Positions 56,242 through 64,000 of a stretch of 64,000 nucleotides of DNA are shown one piece after another; the stretch's first letter is position 1, and every line of letters starts with the position of its first letter. The stretch is taken from NCBI GenBank assembly GCA_041661005.1, contig JBAZVG010000001.1, positions 403,307 through 467,306 of the forward strand. Direction: 5' to 3'. Both the position numbers and the translations under genes were made by a program. The notes below the pieces were generated by a model. The model was given only the letters and a program-made list of their open reading frames with translations. It made no database searches and was not told where the DNA came from. This DNA is from Minisyncoccota bacterium. Lineage in GTDB: Bacteria > Patescibacteriota > Minisyncoccia > Phycocordibacterales > UBA9973.

Positions 56242-56272
56242 AGAAATTATTAATTTCACTAAACGAATTTTA

Positions 56273-56704
56273 TTAACTAGCAGCACAAACAGTTGCATCA
56301 GCACCCTTGCCGCCCGTCCTAACTCCAGAGAAACCAGCACTGTCAACACAGAATATTGTTCCATCATTCAAAGTTGCCTCTGCAGCCCAAGCACTGTATG
56401 GCGCAGCAGCTGGAACATCACAATTAACCGCACCAGCAGCAGGAATCTGAGCGTTTACAGCTACAATCAGTCTATTTAATTGACCAGCAGCACCACACAG
56501 TGTTGATGGATAATTTCCACTGGAATCAACAACCAATTCAGCCTCCGCTCTCATGGAAGTCATACTTGCCTTTGCACTTGCATCTTTACCCTTTGTTCTA
56601 GCCGTATTAAGCGACGCCAAAACGACCGAAGCCAAAATACCAATGATAGCCACGACCACCAAAAGCTCAATCAATGTAAAACCTTTCTTTAAATTCATTT
56701 TCAT
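56273..56704 (-). CDS. Probable major type IV pilin
   Basis: KKGFTLIELLVVVAIIGILASVV; C-terminal FCVDS...C; has its own promoter and terminator. Confidence 0.9.
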   Translation of the reverse strand: MKMNLKKGFTLIELLVVVAIIGILASVVLASLNTARTKGKDASAKASMTSMRAEAELVVDSSGNYPSTLCGAAGQLNRLIVAVNAQIPAAGAVNCDVPAAAPYSAWAAEATLNDGTIFCVDSAGFSGVRTGGKGADATVCAAS

Positions 56705-56832
56705 AATTAAATTCTAAACTAAATTAATAATAATTAATAATGCAATTTCGACTCCCGCCTGCTCCCATAGGGCGGACAGGTATTTTTAATACAACTATTA
56801 TAACATTATGCAAAAACATTTATGCAACCAAG

Positions 56833-56841
56833 TTATCCACA
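56833..56841. promoter_or_regulatory. DnaA box upstream of the pilin promoter
   Basis: Exact TTATCCACA, 30 nt from a minus-strand TGtTATAAT -10. Confidence 0.55.
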
Positions 56842-56880
56842 CCCCTTCGCCAAGGCTACGGAGGTGCAGGCAGGGTAGTG

Positions 56881-57035
56881 ATTCCCCTCTTGAGGGGTGG
56901 CTCGCTTACGAGACGGGGTGGAAGAATTCCCTCACCCCTTGCTTTCCCCTCTCCATTCAAAAGAATGGAGAGGGGTTGGGGAGAGGGTATCCACCTCCCT
57001 CCGACCTAGGTCGGAATACTCCTCAAGAGGAGAAT
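56881..57035. mobile_element. Family A doublet carrying a nested 59-bp palindrome (56929-56987)
   Basis: Same arms as 25031-25120; spacer holds ccctcaccccttgctttcccctctccattc-aaaa-gaatggagaggggttggggagaggg. Confidence 0.9.
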
Positions 57036-57042
57036 TAAAATT

Positions 57043-58251
57043 CTAGCTAATACTTCCTGCTAGATTGTAAATTGGCATGAGGACAGACACGAGCAATATT
57101 CCAACGCCCAAGCCCAAAACCACGATCATCACCGGCTCGATGAGTCCTACCAGCGTATCCACCGCATCATCCACTTCACGCCGATAAAAATCAGTTAAAG
57201 TTTTCAAAATAGACACGAGAGAACCCGTCTCCTCGCCCACCTGAATCATCTGCACCAGAATGCCGGGTATTTCAACTTTATGTTTCGCAAATGCGACAGA
57301 GAGCGTCAATCCGGATTTCACCCCATCCGCGACTTCCGCTAAAATGCCTTTATACACACGACTGCCGACAACTTCAGCGGTAATGTCTATCGCTCGAACG
57401 ATAGGAACTCCGGAGCTCAACATGGTGCTCAGGTTGTCTGATATTCGAGAAAGATAAAGCTTTTTATACAAATTGCCAATAGCGGGCATGGAAAGTTTCA
57501 ATGAATCGAGATATTGTTTCCCCTTTTCGGTCATAGCCATTTTCCAAACCCAAATACCGAGCAAGACTAAAAAAATCAAAAAGAAAAAACCATAGTGGAC
57601 GAACAGATTTGAAATTGCTATGACTACCTTGGTGTAAAAAGGAATATCTTGACCGGAATCTAAAATAATCTCAGAAAGTTTTGGAATCACCACCACAAAC
57701 ATCAAAGTCATAACCACGAAAAAGGTAACAACGACGAAAACTGGATAGATAAGGGCATTTCTGGTCTTGGAGGTAAGAGAATATTGGCGATCTAAATATT
57801 CCGCCAAATATATAAACGTCTGATTGAGTTTTCCGGTTTCCTCTCCCACTTTGACCATGTTTATATAAAAATTCGAAAATACATCTGGATGTCTTGCGAG
57901 TGCTCCAGAAATGGAAATACCAGCTTGGAGATCGTCACTGACGGCAGTCAATTTGCGACCTAAAAGCTTGTTTTCTGTATTGGCCGCCAACATGGTAAAA
58001 GATTTCAAGGCAGAAACTTGCGCCTCAAACAACGTCGCGATCTGACGTGAGAGAATGACCACATCCTTATTCGAGACTCTCTCAAAAAAAGAGATCTGGA
58101 AAATTGATTTACTTTCCTTTTCGTCTTTGATGGAAATAATCACAAGCCCCCTTCTCTGAAGCCCAGAGACCGCCATGTCATGACTCGGCGCGTCGATTTG
58201 CCCTTCTTTTGTTGTCCCTTCAGAATCTATTGCTTTGTATTTAAAAAGCAT
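57043..58251 (-). CDS. pilC: Type IV pilus platform protein
   Basis: MVKVGEETG, ALIYP, MIQVGEETG, LIEP. Confidence 0.93.
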   Translation of the reverse strand: MLFKYKAIDSEGTTKEGQIDAPSHDMAVSGLQRRGLVIISIKDEKESKSIFQISFFERVSNKDVVILSRQIATLFEAQVSALKSFTMLAANTENKLLGRKLTAVSDDLQAGISISGALARHPDVFSNFYINMVKVGEETGKLNQTFIYLAEYLDRQYSLTSKTRNALIYPVFVVVTFFVVMTLMFVVVIPKLSEIILDSGQDIPFYTKVVIAISNLFVHYGFFFLIFLVLLGIWVWKMAMTEKGKQYLDSLKLSMPAIGNLYKKLYLSRISDNLSTMLSSGVPIVRAIDITAEVVGSRVYKGILAEVADGVKSGLTLSVAFAKHKVEIPGILVQMIQVGEETGSLVSILKTLTDFYRREVDDAVDTLVGLIEPVMIVVLGLGVGILLVSVLMPIYNLAGSIS

Positions 58252-58255
58252 ATAT

Positions 58256-59317
58256 TTATATCATTCGCTCAAGCCCCTTTGGATTGAGCGAATATTGATA
58301 AGCGTTTTCAATGGAAATCTCTCCAGAGCGCACTAGTTCCATAAGTGAATGGTTCAAGTCTATCATCCCAGACTCACTTCCTGTTTCTATAACCACATCT
58401 ATTTCATGCGTGCGTTTTTCACGAATTAGATTTGACACCGCGCTATTATTCAAAAGCAGTTCGTAGGCCGGAATGAGCCCGCCGGTGATTCTAGGGATCA
58501 ATCTTTGAGAAAAGATGCCGAGGAGTGATGACGCGAGCTGAGTGCGAATCTGGTCTTGTTGGTCACCTGGAAATGAATCGATTATTCTGTCTATCGTTTG
58601 AGAAGCATTATTGGTATGCAGTGTCGAAAGCACGAGGTGTCCGGTCTCGGCCGCGGTCACCGCAGTCGCCACAGTCTCCGGCGTGCGCATTTCTCCAATC
58701 ATTATCACATTTACGTCTTCGCGAAAAACCGACTTGAGCGCCACATGAAAATCATGGGTATCGATGCCCACTTCACGCTGGTTGATTATTGATTTATTTG
58801 GAGCATACACGTGTTCGATCGGATCTTCGATTGTTATGATATTGCGCGCTTGTTCATTGTTGATTAAATCAACCATTGCGGAAAGAGTGGTTGATTTACC
58901 TTGTCCGACAGGTCCAACTACCAGAAAAAAACCTTGTTTCTTGCGAGCCAAATCAGCAATGATAGGAGGCAAATGTAACTCCGCTATGGTTTTTACTTTT
59001 GGAACTAGACGAAACACTATATTGATCAAGCCTTTTTGAAAAAAAGCATTGCCACGCAATCGCGCTTCTCCGCGAAAATCATAAGAAAAATCCGCTTCCT
59101 GATTTTCCACAAATTTATCGATCTTCGCCTTAGGCAATATTTCACTCAAGATTCCCATCGTATCGTCATCAGTAAAAACTGTATGTTTTACGAGAAATAT
59201 CAGCTCTCCGGCCACGCGAATTACCGGCACACGTCCAGTGCCTATATGTAAATCCGATCCACCTTCGCGGATAACGTTCAAAATTAGCTCTTCAAGTATC
59301 TTTTTATGATCTGTCAT
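58256..59317 (-). CDS. pilT: Type IV pilus retraction ATPase
   Basis: SDLHI, GPVGQGKSTT, TIEDPIE, AAETGHLVLSTLH, NLIRE. Confidence 0.93.
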   Translation of the reverse strand: MTDHKKILEELILNVIREGGSDLHIGTGRVPVIRVAGELIFLVKHTVFTDDDTMGILSEILPKAKIDKFVENQEADFSYDFRGEARLRGNAFFQKGLINIVFRLVPKVKTIAELHLPPIIADLARKKQGFFLVVGPVGQGKSTTLSAMVDLINNEQARNIITIEDPIEHVYAPNKSIINQREVGIDTHDFHVALKSVFREDVNVIMIGEMRTPETVATAVTAAETGHLVLSTLHTNNASQTIDRIIDSFPGDQQDQIRTQLASSLLGIFSQRLIPRITGGLIPAYELLLNNSAVSNLIREKRTHEIDVVIETGSESGMIDLNHSLMELVRSGEISIENAYQYSLNPKGLERMI

Positions 59318-59364
59318 AATGTTTTAATTTTCCGTTTCTTCGACGGAACGCCGTTGAGGGCGAT

Positions 59365-59766
59365 TTATTTTGGAACTACGACTTTTTTTTCTAAAATACT
59401 TACAACCTGACTGATAACTTCGAGCGGGGTGGAATTCGCTTTAATGATATAGCCCGCTACTCCCAGACTATTGCCTCGATCGATATCTGACTGTTGACTT
59501 TTGTTGGACAAAATTACTTTTACAGAATCCGGAGATAATTTATCGACATTTACTTTTTCCAACATTTCAAAACCGTCCATTTCTGGCATGATTATATCTA
59601 CCAGCACAAGATTAGGCTTGAGTCCGTCTTTGATTTTCTCTATAGCTTGCAGGCCACTTGTCGCCGTGTGAACTTCAAAGTTATTCTGGCTGAATTTGAG
59701 CGCATACATATCCAAAAGAAAACTATCGTCATCAACTATTAAAATTTTTCTTTTTTCTTTTTCCAT
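59365..59766 (-). CDS. Single-domain response regulator
   Basis: ILIVDDD, LVDIIMPEMDG, YIIK. Confidence 0.9.
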   Translation of the reverse strand: MEKEKRKILIVDDDSFLLDMYALKFSQNNFEVHTATSGLQAIEKIKDGLKPNLVLVDIIMPEMDGFEMLEKVNVDKLSPDSVKVILSNKSQQSDIDRGNSLGVAGYIIKANSTPLEVISQVVSILEKKVVVPK

Positions 59767-59820
59767 ATATTTTATAAAATGAGCTAAACCCCTGACTTAA
59801 TTATACTACACAATAATTCA

Positions 59821-61560
59821 TTATTCATTCTCGTTACTGAAATTATACACCTCTGTGAAAGGAATAACACCTTCCAAAGATTTGAGCATGGCATCTTCTT
59901 TCATCATAAGCATACCATGTCTGCGAGCCACTTTGTATATGTCTCCATTGGTGGGACTTTTTAATATTACACCCTGCATTTCCTTGTCGATTTTAAACAT
60001 TTCAAAAACAGCGATGCGACCTCTCGTGCCCGAAGGACATTCGCCAGAGGGAACTGTATCATACATCTCGTTTTTAGATTTGATATCTTTTTTAAATTCT
60101 TCCGGCAAATCTTTCATCTGTTGTTCAATTTGGATTTTAATGCTCTCATCTATAGGCACGAGCTTGCGTGAAGAAGGACAAGTCATACGAGCAAGACGTT
60201 GAGCAATAGATAAAATCAAGGTCGGCGCAATCAAATATGGATCGACACCCATATCGACCAAGCGGGGCACCGCGCCAATAGCATTGTTGGTGTGAAGCGT
60301 AGAAAGCACCAGGTGCCCGGTCAAAGCCGCTTGAATGGCAAGCTGAGCTGTTTCCTTGTCGCGTATCTCTCCAACCATTATTATATCCGGGTCTTGACGT
60401 AAGATAGAACGGAGTCCTGAAGCAAAAGTGTATCCTATCTCTGGCATCATCTGTGATTGATTTATGTCAGGCATGTGATATTCCACAGGATCCTCGAGCG
60501 ACACGACATTGCTTTCTTCTTTATCTAGTTCATTCATCATTGAATACAAAGTTGTGGACTTTCCCGAACCAGTCGGACCAGTAATCAAAATAAGTCCATA
60601 AGGCTGTTTCAGCGCTTCTCTGATCATGGAGAGATTTGTCTCGGATAAACCTAATTGATCCAAAGGCTTGACTCCTTTTTCGGAATCCAGTATACGCATT
60701 ACGACTTTCTCGCCATAATATGCCGGCATAGTAGAAACACGAAAATCAATCTTTCGTCCATCAATGTTGGCGGAAAACGACCCGTCTTGAGGTTTTCTCT
60801 TTTCATCCAACCTGAGTTTGGCCAGAATTTTTATACGCGCCACTACTCCGCTGTAAATATTTGGAGGCAATACTATCGTAGTGTGCAAACTTCCATCCAC
60901 TCGAAAACGGACTTTTACTTTTTCTCCGGTAAATTCTATGTGTATATCAGAAGCGCCCCCTTCCAAGGCATTGCGCAATATGACAGCGACAATCTTTATG
61001 ACCGGCGCGTCTTCCACTATCTTTGTCTCTTCGCCTTTTTTTATATTTTTTATCTCTTTGCTTAGATTTTCTTCGTTCAAACTTTTTGCATGATCTTCGC
61101 TCAATTCGTTGAGCGCTTCTTTTACTTGATTGCCTATACCTTTGTAGGTATGCATCAGATTTTCATAATCACTTTTAGAAATTAAATATATTTTGAATGG
61201 GATGCCAAGCTTGGCGGAAATAAACTGCAACGCATCAAGCGCCTGTATATCTTCTCCGTTTGTCACTCCTACTTCCAACACTCCTTCCCGCATCTCAATC
61301 GGGGCAAAATGATAGTGTATCGCCGAATCTTCCGAAATATATTTCAAAACATCAAAAGATGAATCTTCGATTTTTACTTTCTTTATCGGCATTTGCAAGT
61401 ATTTTCCTTTTATCTCTAGAATTTTTTCTTCTGTTATTCCAGATTCAATCAATGCTTCATCGATGTCTCCCCCGTGTTTCTCCTGCGCGCGACTTTTGAT
61501 CTCACCTATCTGGCTCTTCTCAATTATATTTTCTTTTACTAGCTCCTCTAAAAAACTCAT
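59821..61560 (-). CDS. pilB: Type IV pilus assembly ATPase
   Basis: ASDIHIE, GPTGSGKSTT, LRQDPD, GEIRD, TGHLVLSTLH. Confidence 0.93.
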   Translation of the reverse strand: MSFLEELVKENIIEKSQIGEIKSRAQEKHGGDIDEALIESGITEEKILEIKGKYLQMPIKKVKIEDSSFDVLKYISEDSAIHYHFAPIEMREGVLEVGVTNGEDIQALDALQFISAKLGIPFKIYLISKSDYENLMHTYKGIGNQVKEALNELSEDHAKSLNEENLSKEIKNIKKGEETKIVEDAPVIKIVAVILRNALEGGASDIHIEFTGEKVKVRFRVDGSLHTTIVLPPNIYSGVVARIKILAKLRLDEKRKPQDGSFSANIDGRKIDFRVSTMPAYYGEKVVMRILDSEKGVKPLDQLGLSETNLSMIREALKQPYGLILITGPTGSGKSTTLYSMMNELDKEESNVVSLEDPVEYHMPDINQSQMMPEIGYTFASGLRSILRQDPDIIMVGEIRDKETAQLAIQAALTGHLVLSTLHTNNAIGAVPRLVDMGVDPYLIAPTLILSIAQRLARMTCPSSRKLVPIDESIKIQIEQQMKDLPEEFKKDIKSKNEMYDTVPSGECPSGTRGRIAVFEMFKIDKEMQGVILKSPTNGDIYKVARRHGMLMMKEDAMLKSLEGVIPFTEVYNFSNENE

Positions 61561-61641
61561 CCTATCAGAAATTTTATTAGTAATTTTGTTTGATGTTTTT
61601 TAAACATATGTTGAATTTCTAACGAAACACGCGTATTTGAA

Positions 61642-61983
61642 TTAAAATGCTACATCAGCGCCAAGCGGAGCGAATGGGTTTATTCGACCTTCATTGCCAT
61701 CTGGCACGAGCGTGATGCTCGAATCATGCAAGCTTAGAAACGCGCTATTGGAAAAAATAGCATCATTTAATTTTATATTTTTAACACTCAAGAGTAGATT
61801 TAAAAATTCTTGAGTAACTGCCGGATCATTTTTTTTTGTTATCGCGCCGGGTGTTGCTGGAACACTAGGAGAAGAAACCAAAGTTGCTTTATTATCGGGA
61901 GATGGTTTTATGAAAAAGATATAAATCAAAACAAAGGATATACCGATTGCAATAAATATTATTATGTTTTTTATTTTTGGCAT
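61642..61983 (-). CDS. Small membrane-anchored pilus-operon protein
   Basis: N-terminal TM; C-terminal GRINPFAP; lies between pilO and pilB. Confidence 0.6.
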   Translation of the reverse strand: MPKIKNIIIFIAIGISFVLIYIFFIKPSPDNKATLVSSPSVPATPGAITKKNDPAVTQEFLNLLLSVKNIKLNDAIFSNSAFLSLHDSSITLVPDGNEGRINPFAPLGADVAF

Positions 61984-61984
61984 T

Positions 61985-62599
61985 TTAGTTTTTCAACCAA
62001 TAAGTTTTAATTTTAAAATCGTATTTATAAGAATCTGGAGATGGAGAACCAGTGGCTGTCTTGGTTCCGCTACTTGTGTCGGACGAAAATTGAACCGAAG
62101 ATATGTCTACGATTCGGAGATTGCCTTCCAGGGCTCTCGTAAAGTTGAGAAAATTATCATAGGTGCCTGTCGTAGAAAACGACAGATCCCAGACTCCATA
62201 ATCTCTGTTTGGAGTTTGAACTGCTCCGCCTCCTTTTACAACTGCTCCACCAGAAGAAGTAGTGCTTTTTGCAGAATCAGTGGGACTGTATGTAACATCT
62301 TTTAACGCCATTCCAAAAGGCAAAGCTACTTGTTCCATCTCAAGAATCAAACGTATGTTGTCAATATTTTCTGGTAAAAGTTTTTGAATTTTTAACAGGT
62401 CATTCTTGTTGATAGCATTAAACTTAGCGGTCAATTTATCCCGCTCGTTTTCAAGCGCCTTGGAATTAGAAAGAGCTTGATCATAAGACTCCACCTGCCC
62501 ACGCAGTTCATTGACATCTTTATAAAACGGATTGGAAAATACAAAAAATACAGTAACGCTTATCCCTATTAAAATGATCGGCATAATAAATCTCATCAT
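61985..62599 (-). CDS. pilO: PilO-like protein
   Basis: TM, coiled coil, KLLP, GTYDNFLNF..LEGNLRIVDI. Confidence 0.75.
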   Translation of the reverse strand: MMRFIMPIILIGISVTVFFVFSNPFYKDVNELRGQVESYDQALSNSKALENERDKLTAKFNAINKNDLLKIQKLLPENIDNIRLILEMEQVALPFGMALKDVTYSPTDSAKSTTSSGGAVVKGGGAVQTPNRDYGVWDLSFSTTGTYDNFLNFTRALEGNLRIVDISSVQFSSDTSSGTKTATGSPSPDSYKYDFKIKTYWLKN

Positions 62600-62604
62600 A
62601 AAAA

Positions 62605-63246
62605 TTAGCTTTCTTGCGTTAAGATCGTTTGCTTATAATCAACAAAAGATGGATCGACTGAAAATTCTAAATCAAAAAGGACATTACCCTTGTCATCCAG
62701 AGTAAGATTGGAAAAAACAGGATCGATAAAATTCTTACCTTCGTCCTTGGTGGTAAAAAGATCGGATTGTAGAGCCACCGAACGATAGCCGACTGCAGTG
62801 CCACTCATTTTAATAAGAACCTTGGAATTTTTTGTGTCTTTTTCATTCCCGCCTTGACTCGACGAGTCAGGTCCAAAACTATAACTAAATCTAGTGTAAC
62901 GAACAGTCTTCATAGTAATGGCAGAAAGCGCCTCAAAAATAGGAGTTATCGCAATATGTTTGGACAAGATTTCAGTTGACGCCCGCAAGCGCCTGTCTAA
63001 AACCTGAAGCTCGGTTATCTTGGAAGGCTCGAAACGATTTCTGGCTAAAGTTAAATCATTTTCCATTTTGACAATGTCTTTCGCTAAAATACCTTTATAG
63101 AAAAAAAGTCCACCGGTCGCGAGCAACACAGAAAACAAAATAAAAAAAGAAATAACCGTAAAAAAACCAATAGATCGCGTCGTAACGACACGCTCTACCA
63201 CCATCGGTTTTTTAGGGATAAATGATGTTTGGAAATTCGGCTCCAT
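62605..63246 (-). CDS. PilN-like protein
   Basis: TSFIPKK N-terminus, TM, ferredoxin-like C-terminus; upstream of pilO. Confidence 0.65.
   Translation of the reverse strand: MEPNFQTSFIPKKPMVVERVVTTRSIGFFTVISFFILFSVLLATGGLFFYKGILAKDIVKMENDLTLARNRFEPSKITELQVLDRRLRASTEILSKHIAITPIFEALSAITMKTVRYTRFSYSFGPDSSSQGGNEKDTKNSKVLIKMSGTAVGYRSVALQSDLFTTKDEGKNFIDPVFSNLTLDDKGNVLFDLEFSVDPSFVDYKQTILTQES
62848..62871 (+). repeat. 24-bp element (family B) inside the pilN-like gene
   Basis: cccgccttgactcgacgagtcagg; 20/24 identical to the reverse complement of the pilD unit. Confidence 0.8.
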
Positions 63247-63322
63247 ACTACACTACTATTATATTATAAAAACAAATTATAATGAAGTAAAATGTGTATA
63301 ACTCAACATCCACCCCGCATTC

Positions 63323-63418
63323 ATTCTCCTCTTGAGGAGTACTCCGACCTAGGTCGGAGGGAGGTGGAAATGCATCCACCCCGTCTCGGATTACCGAGCC
63401 ACCCCTCAAGAGGGGAAT
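63323..63418. repeat. Family A doublet overlapping the DUF559 stop codon
   Basis: attctcctcttgaggag...ccacccctcaagaggggaat; reverse orientation relative to the rnr copy. Confidence 0.9.
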
Positions 63419-63876
63419 TTTAAGACACCTTTCCTTTTGTATATTGTTTCTAATACAAATTGATAAACACTAGCCAAATTTTTCTTAACTTCTATATCAA
63501 GTATCCGAACTACTTCTAAATTTAGATCTTTCATGAAAGCATCTCTTTCTGCATCATACTCCATTTTATTATCGTGGCTTGAACCATCTATTTCAAATAC
63601 CAATCCCAGTTCGGGAACAAAAAAGTCCACTATATAATTACCTATTACAACTTGTCGATCTATATCAAAGCCTAATTTATTTTTATCCTTGAATGTTTGC
63701 CAAAACAAAACTTCTGACAAATTGCCCGATTTTCTTAAATCTCTTGCTCTGTCCGTTAAAAGTTTGTTTTTTGGAATTTCCCAATAGGGATACAAGGACT
63801 TTGGATCCCATAATTCCCCTCTTGAGGGGTGGACTTTGTAATCAAAGGACGGGGTGGATGAATTCTTCTTGGGCAT
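63406..63876 (-). CDS. DUF559 / Vsr-like endonuclease
   Basis: ARDLRK...SEVLFW...RQVVIGNYIVDFF...FEIDGSSH...DAERD. Confidence 0.85.
   Translation of the reverse strand: MPKKNSSTPSFDYKVHPSRGELWDPKSLYPYWEIPKNKLLTDRARDLRKSGNLSEVLFWQTFKDKNKLGFDIDRQVVIGNYIVDFFVPELGLVFEIDGSSHDNKMEYDAERDAFMKDLNLEVVRILDIEVKKNLASVYQFVLETIYKRKGVLKFPS
63813..63859. repeat. Single family A arm at the 5' end of the DUF559 gene
   Basis: attcccctcttgaggggtgga-ctttg-taat-caaag-gacggggtggat. Confidence 0.88.
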
Positions 63877-64000
63877 TTAGTTATTTTGGCTTAGTCAGTA
63901 ACTACACCAAATCTATTTGTGTGAAATTAATTAAAGTTAGAGAGAAAAACAAAAATATAATAGAAAAAAGGTTTTAGAAATGTAATCAATAGTAGTAGAG

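Noticed and set aside
56740-57038. Two short + strand ORFs (89 and 76 aa)
   Set aside because: They are translations of stacked palindromic repeats in the pilin upstream region.
1-64000. Alternative genetic code (UGA=Gly, as in Gracilibacteria/Absconditabacteria)
   Set aside because: Long conserved genes are uninterrupted under code 11, and TGA serves as the stop for ligA and others.

Overview
This window is chromosomal DNA from a small-genome, AT-rich bacterium using the standard genetic code. Gene content and protein style point to Patescibacteria/CPR (Parcubacteria-like); this is inferred, not searched. Core genes: rpoD-dnaG, rpoBC, rpsP-khpA-trmD, rnr, smc-rnc-nusB-rpmF, thrS, gyrB, a single-chain PheRS, a UvrD-nuclease fusion, truB, tRNA-Ser(GGA), ligA and a type IV pilus cluster. 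Five things stand out. (1) Three paralogous wHTH + Cas2-like (PaaX-type) genes are each bracketed on both sides by their own 32-36 bp palindrome, forming ~660-700 bp self-contained cassettes. (2) A DUF559/Vsr-like endonuclease gene is flanked by a structured repeat whose gene-free doublets also occur intergenically and in-frame inside RNase R. (3) Roughly 25 short GC-rich palindromic elements from several families sit in-frame in essential proteins (DnaG, RpoB, RpoC, RNase R, SMC, GyrB, PheRS, LigA, TruB, PilD, pilins); some are nested or tandem. (4) There are three candidate structured RNAs: a ~50-nt convergent RNA behind an orphan PemK/MazF toxin, a 140-nt rod behind rpoC, and a ~400-nt element at 3.1-3.5 kb. 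(5) The SMC lacks a hinge and carries a Rad50-type zinc hook. All alignments were done by eye; no database searches were run.
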